Assembly: GCF_009914755.1 (NCBI RefSeq)
Contig: NC_060942.1
Reading direction: 5' to 3' (one strand)
Source: the human T2T-CHM13v2.0 reference genome, Homo sapiens
Length of the DNA stretch: 64,000 nucleotides
Shown here: positions 1-15,439 of the stretch, piece by piece
How positions within the stretch are numbered: the stretch's first letter is position 1
Layout of the letters: each line of letters begins with the position of its first letter
Made by a program: the position numbers and the translations under genes
Notes under the pieces: generated by a model
What the model saw: only the letters and a program-made list of their open reading frames with translations
Told to the model about the DNA's origin: nothing
Databases searched by the model: none

Positions 1-673
1 TTCACCAAGAAAGTGGAATGAGCAAATAAAAATTATTGAGAAGAAACTAACCCATGGTAGGATTAAAACATTCTATTTACTAACAAAATTAAGTATAAAC
101 TTATACACTATACATATATACACCTAAGGTATAGACACATACTTACGTGCCTGTGTGTTTTATGCCTTTATATCTTTATATAGAGAGAGGGAGAGAAAGA
201 GAGAGATCTGAAACTACAAAAAAGTAAACTGGTAATGAGAGTATTAACTCAAATCCATCTTCAGACATGTTCAACAAAGTACCTGTCCCAGATTTTCCAA
301 AGATTTTTTTTTTTTTTTTGGTTATACATCATTCACCTTTTGCATTAAGTGTGTCAACTCTCCCATCTCTTGCTATTCTGCATCCTAACATTTACTTTCT
401 TGCATTAGAGTATGTGGTCAAATTGTGAAGATATCCATCCTAAATTTTTGTATCAGAAACTGTTCAAAGCTCCTATTTATAGCATCCTTCAAATATTTTT
501 CTAAAGTTCTAGTTATTGATTTCCTAATTTGCCTCTGAAGTTAGAAATCCCTCCAATGAGGAAATTTAAAGTAACTCACTCTCCTCCAATGTGGACCTTA
601 ATTCTAAAAATGCCTCTTATATATATCTACCATTGTATAATTAGGTTGATGCCCTTCACCTTGCAGTCAAAAC

Positions 674-1716
674 TTCTTGTTTTATTGTTGTTGTTTTCAG
701 CTTTTATTTTGGATTCAGAGGGCACATGTGCAGGTTTGTTGCATGAATATGTTGTGGGATGCTGAGGTTTGGGGTATGGGTGATCCCATCATCCAAGTAG
801 TGAGCATAGCACCCAATAAGGGGTTTTTCAACCCCTATTTTTTTAGCCCCTATCCTCAGTGTCTACTTTCCCCATATTTACATTCACTTGTATTCAATGT
901 TTAGCTCCTACTTATAAGTAAAAACATGATATATTTGATTTTCTGTTCTTGTGGGTTAAATTGCTTAGGATAATGGCCTCCAGTTCCATCCATGTTGCTG
1001 TAAAAGGTACATTTTTGTTCTTTTTTATGGCTGTATAGTAGTCCATGGCATATGTATGCCACCAATGGTATGTGTATCATTTTCTTTATTCAATCTACTC
1101 ACTGCTGATGGACACCTAGGTTGATTCCTTGTTTTTGCTATTGTGAATAGTGCTGCAATGAATGTATAAGTTCCTGTGTCTTTTAGATAGAATAAATTAT
1201 TTTCATTAGTAGCAGGGTCGAATGGGAGTTCTATTTTAAGTTCTTTTAGAAAACTCTAAGCTGGCTGAACTGATTTGCATTCCCAACAACAGCATATAAG
1301 CATCCCCTTTTCCCCACAGCCTTGCCCGTATCTATTGTTTTCTTGGCTGCTTATTATTTGCCATTTTGACTGCTGTGAGATGGTATCTTATTATTGTTTT
1401 GATTTGTACTTCTGTAATGATTAGTGATGTTGAGCATTTTTCACCTTTGTTGGTCACTTGTAAATCTTTTGAGAAGCGTCTGTTCATATTCTTTGCCTAT
1501 TTTTTAATTACATTTTTTTTTCGCTGGTTGATTTAAGTTCGTTATAGATCCTTGATATTAGACCTTTGTCAGATGCATAGTTTGCTAATATTTTCTCCCA
1601 TTCTGTAGGCTGTCTTTTTACTTGGTTGGTAATTTATTTTGCTATGCAGAAGCTCTTCAGTTTAATTAGGTTCCACTTGTCAAATTTTTTATTGCAATTG
1701 CTTTTGGGGACTTAGC

Positions 1717-1754
<38 letters not shown>

Positions 1755-2730
1755 CAAAGTCAAAGTCAATGTCGAGAAGGATACTTCCTAGGTATTCTTC
1801 TAAGACTTCTATAGTTTGAGATCTTATATTTAAATTGTTAGTCCATCATGAGTTAATTTTTTTAATGGTGAAAGGTAGGGGTCCAGTTTCATTCTTTTGT
1901 ATATCACTAGCCAGTTATCCCAGAACCATTTATTGAATGGGGAATTCTTTCCTATTGCTTATTTTTGTTGGCTGTCAAAGATCATTTGGTTGTAGGTATG
2001 CAGCTTCATTTCTGGGTTCTCTATTCTGTTCCTTTCGTCTATAAGTCTGTTTTTGTACCAGTAGCAATGCTGTTTTGGTTTCTGCAGCCTTATGCTATAG
2101 TTTGAAGATGGGTAATGTCATGCCTCTGGCATTCTTCTTTGTGCTTAGGATTGCTCTGGCTATTCTGGCTCTTTTTTGGTTCCATATGAATTTTAGAACA
2201 GTTTTTCCTAATCTGTGAAAAGTGGCCTTTGTATTTCGAAACATCATTGAATTAAAAGGCACTGAATCTATAAATTGCTTTAGGCAGTATGGCCATTTTA
2301 ATGATATTGATTCTTCTAATCCATGAGCATGGAATATTTTTCCATTTATTTGTGTCATCTCTGATTTCTTTCAGCATGTTTTATAGTTCTCCTTGTAGAG
2401 ATCTTTCACCTCTTTGTTTAGCTGCATTTCTAGGTACTTCATTTTTTAGTGTGGCTATTTTAAATGGAATTATGTTCTTAATTTGGCTTTCAGCAAGAAC
2501 ATTATTGGTATATACAATTAATACCGATATAAGTACATTGACTTTGTATCCTGAAATTTTACTGAAGTTATTTATCAAGTTTAGGAGCCTTTTGGCAAAG
2601 TCTTTATAGTTTTCTAGGCATAGAATCATATTGTCAGTGAAGAGAGATTATTTGACCTCTTCTTTATATATTTGGATGTTCTTTATTTTTCTCTCACGCC
2701 TGATTATTCTGACTAGCACTTCCTATTATA
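674..2730 (-). mobile_element. 5'-truncated LINE-1 (L1PA15-16/L1PB-type): 3' UTR plus C-terminal half of ORF2
   Basis: Antisense L1 3' end (cttttattttggattcagagggcacatgtgcaggtttgttg) at ~700; continuous L1 similarity to ~2730; ORF-track fragments match ORF2p. Confidence 0.93.
2095..2629 (-). pseudogene. Frameshifted L1 ORF2p reverse-transcriptase remnant
   Basis: ORF 2381-2629 MILCLENYKDFAKRLLNLINNFSKISGYKVNV resembles ORF2p just after FADD ([30 protein letters not shown]); ORF 2095-2358 contains LKFIWNQKRARIARAILS..TLP.FKL. Confidence 0.9.
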
Positions 2731-3080
2731 TTTTAATTCCCTACCCAATCCCATATCTGGCCAATTTAGACAGCCATCAAATAGCTCTCTTGGTTTCACT
2801 TCCTATTTCTAAATGCCAAGCAAACACAGGTGAAGAAACCAGTACATAACATTGGGCTCCATTTTAAGTTGCCACTGTTGCCACCAAAAGTAGTCTCCCA
2901 AAGCTTTGAGGATATTCTGCCTAAATCAGATCCCTATACCAGGCCTGGTGAGTTTTTGCTTATTTTTGTTTTTGAGGAAAATGACCACATTGTTTTTAGT
3001 ATTATATTCAGTTGAGAAAGTACTTTACTTGGGTTCCCAAAAATTCAGTCCTTAATAAGAATTCACAATTAATTTGCATT

Positions 3081-3260
3081 TATATATATGTACATACACA
3101 CATATATAAACACACACATTTATATACAAACATGCATATATAATATGCATACAGACATGTATATGTTATATACATAAATACATATTGCATGCATACATGT
3201 TAGATACATAAATACATATGTATTATATACATGCAATCATATATATGTATATATAATTTA
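3081..3260. repeat. Degenerate (TA)/(CATA)n low-complexity tract
   Basis: Directly visible tatatatgtacatacacacatatata... runs. Confidence 0.85.
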
Positions 3261-4760
3261 TAACTTATTCATTATGCTCAAATACTGGCTGAAAATTCAA
3301 AGCATCTGGATCAGAAAGAGACCTCTTGCTTTTAACAAATGCTGTGCCTAAATAAATCTTCCCTTCGTGACATAAGCGGTCATGAATCCAAGTCACTAAT
3401 TAGGATTTTCATTTCTTAAAAGGTGAATTCCTCTTTCAGTTTCCATGAAGGTCTTATTTGGAGCCATCTTAATCTAGCACAGAAATTTATTATAATAACA
3501 GTGAACCTCAAAAGGAAACTCGCTGGGATCTTGATCCAGAAGGATCCTCACCCTTTGCACAGATGTATACACTTATTCCCCAGGCCTGTTTCTTGTATGC
3601 CAAGGAATACTGAGGAAACAGTCTTCGTCAAATCACAAAAAGATGCGGTTACATATACCCCCTGAAGCAATGGGTACCTACTCACCTTAAAATTATTTTT
3701 AAGAGGAAAAGCGCAATTGATTCTTCCCGTAACAGCACAAATCTGCTCTCAGGTGGTTTACTGTCTGCAGCTTTAGACAGAGAAGTCTAGAGAATTTTAA
3801 ATTCTGCCTCACTGATCAACATTCAGTGGGGACCGTGGCACTGCCTTCCAACCATTTTCCACTTATAACACACATGAAAAAGGAAAAGATTATATCTGTG
3901 TGCCACACTGGGATGAACTTGAATGAATCTGAAAGTGTCTATACAGGGCTTGGTGAAAAAAAAGAGTTATATTTTTAATGTAATATAATCATGTTAGAAA
4001 AATAGAATAAAAGTGTTAGAAAGGATATTCAAATTTGGATTTACATAAAACTTCCAAGTAAAGTCTTTTTAATTTTTTGCTTTAATGAGAAACTTGAGCT
4101 TGCTTTCACAAAAATAGATTTTTATGTTTGATTTTATGATTGAGCTGGCTACAGGCAACTCCTAATCATGATTTTTAATGATGATCTTTCTTTAAATCCT
4201 TAGGAGTCACAATGAGAAAAAGTTTATTTACAAATAGATAATAAACATTTTAAAACCATTTTTTCACTTTTATAGCTGCTTAAAAACTAGCAAATTGAAA
4301 TTATATTAAAAAAATCTAAAAGCATTTGCTTTTCTCTCATTGACTAATGGTAGGTTGAAATTTCTTATAGTAATGAAACTGAATTTCAAACCCAAAAAAC
4401 ATTTGTATGTGATATATTTCAAAATAATGAAGAATATCTAATTTGCAGAATATGCATCCATTTTTAGACCAGTCATACTACAGCTAGCTTGGATGCACCA
4501 ACAAAACATATCTGTCACAAACACACAAATTCAAGATCTGCTCCTGAAGTAACACCCTCCAGGAGCTTTCTCTGACCACCTCTGACCAGCTCATCTGGAG
4601 CCTTGTTCCATTTCGCTAACATAAACTGCTTCAGCAGCAACCCAGGGAGTTTTCACTGGATGCTGAAATAAATTTCCTCAAGGTAGAGCATCTCTTTAGT
4701 GTATAGAAGATTATATTAAAGACTATCAAATGTGATTCCTTGAACTCTGGCCTGATAACC

Positions 4761-4917
4761 TGCTGATTCTCAAACTATCGGTCCAAACTAACATCAACAG
4801 CAGCATCTCTTGCCAACTTTTTAGAAATGCAAACTCACAAGCTCCACCTGACACCCACAGAATCAGAAACTGTGCTGGTGTGGATTTTTGATTCATGCTC
4901 AAGTTGAAAACCACTTG
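4761..4917. mobile_element. MER5A-like hAT-Charlie MITE
   Basis: ttctcaaact...cagcagcatc...ttagaaatgcaaa...agaatcagaaact...gctcaagttgaaaaccact matches the MER5A pattern. Confidence 0.75.
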
Positions 4918-6639
4918 GCTGAAGGAAATGATATTGAAAATGACATCTATAATCCACTCAAAAGCACAAAAGCTAGGAAGCCCTGTGTCTGTTTTGTTGT
5001 TGCTGTTGAAATTATAGAGATTTCTCCAACCTTTTGTAAGAAAAATCTTCAAGGTTTGATGCCCACGTAAAGAAAGCTACACACTGTGTAAAGGTCATTG
5101 TCTGTATTGCTTCCTGATGTACTTTTAAACTTGGCTCAGAGGCCCAGAGTTTTGTAATTGCTCATTCTGTGCCCATTTACACATGGGCAACCTAAGTAGA
5201 GTAAGTCACTACCAGGGTAATATTGTCCAAGAAGGACCATGAAAACATATTTTTTACCCCCCAAAAAAATCTCATCAATTCACCTTCTGTGATGCCTAAT
5301 ATTCCAGAATTGACGATTCTAATCTGAGGGTGGGAAATTCACCTCCAGCAGGACTCCTTTCAGATGTAAATGGTTTTATGATGGGGGAAAGCAGCTACTA
5401 TCTATGATTGCCTTTATTTATAAGATTAAGTTTGAAAACCAAGTAACACTGAAAGAATGTGATATAGAACAAGAATGGTTGAGATTTGGTGAAGTGGAAA
5501 ATAAGATGAAAAAGAAGTCAGAAAATAAAAGAATAATAACAAAAAAAAAATCTAAAAATGAGAGACTGCCCAGCATGACATCCTAATGAGTTAAGGGTCA
5601 GTGTGAACTTGGCCATTTAAGTGTACGTTAAAGTGAGGAGGAGGAGGAGGAAAAGCAGAGAAAGAAAGAGAAGAAGAATGATAAAAGGAGGAAAAGGAGG
5701 AAAAGGGGACTTCTACTTGTGAGTTTTCTTTAATACCTGCTCTGGTTAGATCTTTTTATACCCACCACTCACAACAGCCAATGTTATCTTGCATGCACAC
5801 ATATCACCAATAGGAAATCTGTTTTCACCTCAGAGAGGCTTTACTTAAAAGACAGCAAGAATTTGATCAACCAGTTTATTCCACGCAATTTTTAACCATC
5901 TCTGGAATATCAGAAACCAAATGGTTCTTACATAGTGTGGAATTTAGGAGGTTCAGAGCCTGTTTGCCTGATGCCTGTTTGCCTATCTGTCAAAGCTCTA
6001 AATTTCTCTCTAAAACTCTCAAAAAGAAATAGAGAAATTTGGGGACCAATGGTGGAATGAAAGCTAAAAGAGAAGCACGCTACCTGCAGACACATTGGAA
6101 TACTATACTGTTTTGCTTACCAGAAATATCAGCAGGACTTGTTTGTGCCTGGAGTATATGTGATTCCAGGGATATTTCTACTAATCTCAGGCACCCTGAA
6201 AACTTAAACGCATTTCGGTTATTTTTGAAAAGGCAATGTCTCTCAGTAATGCATTCTTAACTTTCCATTTCCATTCTCCACCAGAAACATGCACCGCTAC
6301 CAACAACACCATCATCACGATCCTTAAATAGTAGTGACCAAAGCCATTGTACAATATCATCCGGAGAGAAAGCTTAGCAGAGACAGGACTGAACAGAACC
6401 AGTTTAGGTCCACACTGGCTTGAATACAGCTTGCATTAAACAAACATAGATGAGAATGTGAATAAGATTAAAGTGGAGCTACAAAGTGACCGATTGAATA
6501 AACCTATATTCTCTGAAATAGATGTTCAGGCATTCCTGGAGCCATACTTACTACATTTAAATGCATGCCTTAGGTTATTCTTGCTATAGTACCCCTTTCC
6601 TCCAAGTCAGCAGATACACAGGGCAAATATTTGAGAAGA

Positions 6640-7040
6640 AACAAGAAAGGGAGTTGAGAATAGTAGAAAGTGTTTCTCAGTTCTGTTTCCCCTGGGTTGG
6701 CTGGACCATCACATGCCTTGCATATGCAGGCTCACAGTATCTCAACACCACAAGCAAGAGAGAGCAGTTTTCTTTCTGAAATCTCCCTCACGAGTCCTTA
6801 CATTCACTCTGTTTCACCTGCCCAGATTGAGTCACATGCACTTTGACCTGGGCAGGCATATATGAATAGGCTTAGACCCACATTAGGTACCCACTGTTGG
6901 GGTTGGAGATGGAATTCCCACTTAAAAAAATATTCTGTGAATGGAGGCAGGATGGTTCCATAAAAGCAAAATTGAAGTACTGTTATCAGAAAAAGGAGAA
7001 ATGATTACTGGGTATCATAAAGTCACACATGTCAACTACA
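6640..7040 (-). mobile_element. Old MaLR LTR (MLT1J/K-like)
   Basis: gattgagtcacatgc and terminal gtactgttatcagaaaaaggagaaatgattactggg...atgtcaactaca fit an antisense MLT1J/K 5' end; left boundary uncertain. Confidence 0.6.
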
Positions 7041-7370
7041 GTATAAACAACCTTTAAATATGAGCTTGTTAAAAGCAGCATGCACTGGCACACAGAAAAC
7101 TAGCCTAGCAGTTGGGAAACTTGATTGGCTCTCCATCTAATTCACTGTGTGGCCTTGCAAAGTCCCACTGATTAGTCAGACTTTATTCTGCAGGAGAACC
7201 TGTAATTCTCCGAAGTTATCCTCAGTCTCCTCAGGGATCTAAAGAAGAGGGACTCCAGCAAACCCAATGCTCAGAGATAACCATTGGTAACATACATATG
7301 TTATTATTTTATACACATACACACAGCCTTTTTTCTAAGCTTAATTATGCTTTACTAATTTTGGGCATGA

Positions 7371-7716
<346 letters not shown>

Positions 7717-7752
7717 TAATGTTCAATTTTAAGTGACTTTCATTGTCCTTCC

Positions 7753-8926
<1,174 letters not shown>

Positions 8927-10789
8927 GATAATTCTTTCTTTTTTACTCCGAGATTACCCTCCTGGGCAAACACTAATAATTCCTTAGGCTTATTCAGTCT
9001 AAGGATTAACATTTTGTTACCTTTTTCTTATTACTGGAAATAGAACCCTCAAGCTCTTGGAGGCTTGAGGATGCCACAACCACAATAAGGCATCCTAGAA
9101 TGTCCAGTTGATGTGCTAAAACACACTGTCACGGACCCCTGAAACCTTGGTTGCCAACAGGAAAGGCTAGAAATTGTACTCCCTTTACCCATTGCTTCTG
9201 GAACCATCAGTACAGATCCAAGATACAGTCATTCTTCAAGATCAGAGAAAGAAAGATTCCTGTAGTGTTAAAACGACACAGAATCCCTAGGTTACACCAA
9301 AATAGGTGGCTATCTTCCTAGAGAATACCCAGGTTCCAGCGTTGAGTGGGCAGAGGGTGTTTCTCTGTCAGCTCAAGACTAGCTCCTCCTTTGCACTAGT
9401 GAAGCCTTTGTTTACACAGAACTTGACTCTCTTCCTTCTCATGGTTAGTTTCTCTTTGGGTTTTGGTGAGTTTGCTTGGTGTCCTTTCCTGTCTATTGAT
9501 CTACAAGGGCTAACTGTTCATAACATACTAACATTCGGTGTCCCCAACCCCATCCCAAAGTGTGTCAGGGTCTTGATTTCTTTCTTCCCAAGAAGTTTCT
9601 TGGCTCTTAATAAAAACTGCCTACCCTCTTTCTCAGCAGCCTTCGTGCTCCATACACCAAGGTGTAGGGGAGGATTGTCCTTTGTCATGAGGGGAAAAAT
9701 CTTCTTACACTTTCTTTCCACAATTCCGTGGCCTACTTGAGGGCTTTTCCTCCAGTGAAAATAGTAACAGAAAATATACACCACAATACTGATTTCCCTA
9801 AAATAGAAATAAATGTTTTGGTAACTTTTCAATGGAAACTCTGTAGGTGAATCCTAGTTAAAATAGAAGATGTACTAAGCACCAGATGTCTCTCTCTCTC
9901 AATCTCTCTCTTTTATGCACACACAAACACAGAGACAACGCAATGAAAAATAGGAAACTGCTAATTAGGAAAAAAAGAGATTTGAGGTTGAGTGGCTGGT
10001 TGAGTTAAAATACTCAAGGTCAGATTTAATTTTCAATGTTCAGTTATTTTAATAGGCAAAAGGCATATATGTCAGGATACCTCTATTCAGAGGATTATTT
10101 TCCTACCCTTATTTCTTCTTAAACCAAACAACATTATACAACATTCTGGTTGGCAAATCACTCCTATTTCCGTATTTGCCTTATGTGGTTTCAGCCGTCT
10201 GTTTGTGGTATAAGTACTTTTTTCACATGCAGAATCCAAACTGGATTCTCCACCAGTTTGTGAGGTAGACCCTTGGACAGTTCTTGCCTCCCATCAGGCA
10301 AACTGCTTCAAAAGTGAATAGCTTTCAGACCCCTTTTGTGACATGCCTAGGCCAGCAAGATTTTTGATGACTTCCAATCCCAAATCCATTGTCTCGTTAA
10401 AGGAGGGCTTAGTGGCAAGGCATTCTTTGACAATAGCATTAAATAGTAATCTGATATAGATTTCTTGCTAGAATTTGGAAATCATTTTATAACTTAATTT
10501 GTTTCAATGCTGTAAAAGTTACCATTTTCAGAAGAATCCACATGGATCTCTATCAGCTCTATTTGAAGACAGGAGTTTATCATCATTACTTTGTATTGCT
10601 ATCTTCTTCCATGGAGAGAAAAATTACTAAATGTGTTATGAGTATTAGGGAGCTTTGGGCCATAAAATGCAATTTGAACACTTAGTGAAACATTCCACAT
10701 CAATATCTTTCTTATTGATTTGGAATCAATGACAAAAATATTTTTATAGAGACAACATTTTCCTTTATTCTGGCTTTTTTAATACCTAG

Positions 10790-11152
10790 AACACTTTTTC
10801 ACCAGATATATCTTCTCTACCTTTCTACATTTTTTTATTTCTTTGCTCAAAGTTACCTTTAAATAAGATCTAACCTGACCACATCATTAAAATTTGTAAC
10901 CTGTTCTACAATATTTCCAATCTGCCTTATCCCTTGCTATATTTTCCCCACAGCATTTATCATCTTTTAATATAACAAATAAAATTATTTAGACAACTTG
11001 CTGTTCATTATCCATCTCTACGTTCTACAATGTACACTGTAAAGGCAGGAATTTTTGACTGCTTTGTTCAGTAATGTTTCCCCAGTACATGGTACTGTGT
11101 TTGACATGTGGTGACTCCCTCAATAAGAATTTGTTATATGAATGGATGAATG
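10790..11152 (+). mobile_element. L2 (L2a-like) 3' end
   Basis: ggcaggaatttttgactgctttgttca...ctcaataagaatttgttatatgaatggatgaatg is the typical L2 terminus. Confidence 0.8.
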
Positions 11153-11789
11153 CCTGAACTTATGAATAAATAACTAAATACCAAAAAATGGTGACAAGTT
11201 ATCTATCTAAACAATTTGGTTTCACAGTGAATAATCTACTGAAATAACAACATATGATTTAACAAGAAAAAGAAGTTAACGGCTGTCAAATAATGGTACC
11301 TTTTAATTTTACTTATAAAAGTAGATCACAATTTACAGGTAGAATCATTTAATTATGCAATATACGATTGACTTAATAGTGTTTTCAGTTTATAATTTCG
11401 AGTCTCTTTTTATGTTAACATTTTAATATAAAGTCAAACTTTTTTTTTTCATTGAAACAGGTAAGAAAGTTACAGATAATTTTAGTTTGTCAGTTATGAT
11501 AATGCTATTTGTGGCTCTCCTGACCCTTGACTCACAAAAGATGGGACAAATTATCATTTTTTTTAGGTAATAAGTTTTACTGCTAATTCAGATCTTTGTG
11601 TTATGTGTCCCAAATCTCTCTTAGGTTCTAACAGTGACAGATATTGATTCATTTAAATAAACATCATGTATAACTTTTTAACTTTATGTTACATGGTTTT
11701 TAAATTCTTTTATATTTGGTAGGACAATTATAAATTATGTTTTGATTATTTGTATTCACTGCATTGCCTTAGGTATTGGGCATAGGTAG

Positions 11790-12265
11790 TGTGTTAGTCA
11801 AGGTTCTCCAGAGAAAAAGGAGCAATAGGATATCTTATGTATGTGCATGTGTGTGTCTGTATGTGTAAAGAGAGAGACACCGAGATTTATTATAAGGAAT
11901 TGGCTCCTGTCATTACAGAAGTTAAGAAGTTTCAAGATCCTTAGGTGGCAAGCTGGAGACTCACGAAAGCTGATGCTGTAAGTTCCAGTATGAGTCTGAA
12001 AACAGATAATCGATGTCCAGCTGGAAGACAGGAGGAGAGAGAGAGAATGAACTCTCTTTTACTCAGTAGTTTTGTTTTATTCAGGCTTCCAAGATGAAAG
12101 CTCTGCCACATTGCGGAGGACAGTCTGCTTTACTATAATAACTCTACGGATTCAAAAGTTAATCTTCCCCAGAAATATCCTCACAGACACATCCAGAATA
12201 ATGATTAACCAAATATCTGGTCACCCGCACCCCAGTGAAGTTAGCACATAAAATTAGCTATCACA
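11790..12265 (-). mobile_element. ERVL solo LTR (MLT2B-like)
   Basis: tgtgttagtcaaggttctccagagaaa...gagatttattataaggaattggctc...cacataaaattagctatcaca; TG...CA ends. Confidence 0.9.
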
Positions 12266-12342
12266 ATAGTATGTTAGGACAGTCTGGCTCAGTGAGCAGT
12301 CAGGTTCCCGAAGTTTAAGTAGCGTTAAGTCCAAGCCACCAC

Positions 12343-12356
12343 CCAGCAGGTGGCAC
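12343..12356 (+). promoter_or_regulatory. Candidate CTCF core motif
   Basis: CCAGCAGGTGGCAC fits the CTCF core CCASYAGRKGGCRS at every position; motif only, no occupancy data. Confidence 0.45.
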
Positions 12357-12772
12357 CCACAGCCACTCTGTCAGAAAGAGCTATTTTATCTCAAAATTGT
12401 TGTTTTAATCAATTACTTCTGTATTATCTTAATTTTACACAGCTCTACTTTTTATAGGCAGGGAGCAATTCAGATGCTTCAATATTTAACCTTTATATAT
12501 GAAGAATACCTTTCGTATTCATTTGATAGGAACCATCTTGATACCTTGTGTATATTACCAGTTTTACATATCTGATGATTTTACCTTGGTTTTACATGGC
12601 TCAATTTCTAGATGGGTAAGCTATCTTAAATTCATTATTAAACAGCACTACTATAATACTTTAAATATAAAATTTACAAAATAAGCAATCATTATTTCTA
12701 AAGAATACTATGTGCAATTAAAATTTTTATATGTCATCTTTGAGTGTTAGCCTAGGGGTAGTATAAATTTTA

Positions 12773-13174
<402 letters not shown>

Positions 13175-14546
13175 AAAAGTGGACAAATTACCTGTATAGA
13201 TTCAACTTTTCTCTATATCTACAAATCTAATTATTGCTAGTCAGTGTAGAAGCCTCTTCAAGTCCATTCCTTTGTCCTTATTATATTACCCTCTGATATT
13301 TTCAGAAGAATTTGGATAGAAAAAAATTCTTTTAGGATTGAACTATAGTCTAAAAGCTATGGTTTCATTAGTGAAAAATAATAATAGAAATCAAAATATG
13401 GGTGCTACGGGTCACATTTTATTATTCACATAAGGACTGGGAATAAATCAATTGCTATTTTATTATCTGAACGTTGTGCCCTTTGATAAGAAGCTCCTCC
13501 CCTCTCCCAAGAGTATAGCGAAAAATACAAAGACATAGGACACACAGAATTTTAGACAGCATCTGCATACTATTAAGGAAGAATAGAAAGAAAAGGAGAC
13601 CAGCCATATTCAATTCTTTGAAATGTCATCTACATCCTCCATTAAGTTTTTAGTTTGCAATAAACTATATGCTACAATGTGGATGTTAGTGTGTATGTGG
13701 GTATTTGGTTTAGAATATGTGTCTGTTGTAAAACCAATTTATCTTACACATGCACACAATCTAGCAACCAACTGAGGAAGTGGTAAATGTTAGGAGTTTG
13801 GTATAAAGTCTAGTAATTTAGGGACATTTTAAGGTTATAACTATAGCTGCTTTTATAATTTTAGCTTTTATGCAAAAGTCTGAGTCTTCATGGATTAAAA
13901 TATGTCATGTTTGTATTTTTCAACTTGCAGTCAGCGACAAATGCGCCTTTACTTCAGTAAGGGAACAAAGATAATCTGAAAAAAATTAAAGCTCTCCAAA
14001 AAAAATTGAATTTACAAATAGAGGCCTTATTGTTTTATTCTAGAAGCATTAGTTAAGAAAAAATCTTTAAATAGAGTAGTCATAAAATTCTCAAATTTCT
14101 CATATATGTACACACATCTTCATTTAATGTAAAATTATCTAACTTTGGAATTAGAACTTTTCAAAATAAATTTTCATTGCATTTACCGAAGGAAGTAATG
14201 TGACAGTTTACTCTCTGATTCGGGGCTCAACCACAATTTTTAAAGTGACACCCAGATTTTTTTTCTTTTTAAGATTTTAGCCTTGGGGATAGTAAGAAGG
14301 GCTATAACATCCAGTGTCATCTACATTCTAAGCATGTTGTCATCATTTATTCAATTCAGGATGTACTGTCAATTTCTTGAAAAGTCATTCAGAAAATTAA
14401 ATTTTGTTTCGAGTGTAAGATTAGAGTGAAAAACAAAATTATTGGTTTAAAACATAGTTTAATTTCTTGATTGCATTTAACTTGACTGACTGGCCTACAC
14501 TGTAAAACAGATCATGTAACAATACTTCATATTTTTGCATAGTCAC

Positions 14547-14897
14547 TGACTTAGTCTGAATTGTGCTAAATTTTTAAGAAACAGAAATTTATTTTCTCAC
14601 AGTTCTGGAGGCTGAGAAGTCTAAAATCAACACTGGAATGAGGTGAGAGCCTTCTTGCAGTGTCGTCTCATGACAGAGGGTAAGAGGATGAAAAAGTACA
14701 CGCAATGAAGAAAGAAAAGGGGGCTAAATTCATCCTTTTATAAGCAACTCACTCTCATGATAACAGCATTAATCTATTCATGAAGGCAGAGCTCTCATGG
14801 CCCAATCACCTCTCATCAGTCTCCACCTCCCAACACTGTTACAATGGGGATAAACTTCCAGCACATGAACTTTGGAGGACACGTTCAAACCACTGCA
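14547..14897 (-). mobile_element. MaLR solo LTR (MSTD/MLT1A-like)
   Basis: acagaaatttattttctcacagttctggaggctgagaagtc...cccaatcacctc...gacacgttcaaaccactgca. Confidence 0.85.
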
Positions 14898-15439
14898 ATC
14901 CCTATATACATTAAATCATTCCAGAACAATCATACACTTACCTTTGGAAAAAATTTTAAAGGAAGGTTTTACATTTTGCTGGAAGAAGTTTTTCTAAGTG
15001 CATTTAAAAATTTGTTTCCACTTAAAAAAATTATGTTTACCAAGGTTTTTTCCCTGCCTATGCTTGCCACCAACTGCACAGAAGAGCTCTACAAACCCCA
15101 GGGCAGGAAGGGAAGTAGAGAATATTAGAGTCAATAATAATCCAGCTTCCCTGTATCTCTAGCAAGCTCCTGCACTACTAGCTGCATAGCTCCATGCCTT
15201 TTAAAATTTGCTGAGGTACTGAAACCACACTTTGGCTGTTTCTGCCTTGCTACCACATTGTGGCCAGCTGACCGCATTCTCTATATTAGATCTAATTTTA
15301 GGATGCTTAATAGCAGCAATATGGCAGAGATTTTAAGATATCAGGGGACATAGGGACCAGTTAAATTGTGATTCTACTGCCTCTACAGTCTTTGCAAACA
15401 CAACATTAGATAACAATTTGATAGTCCGAATATCACTCA

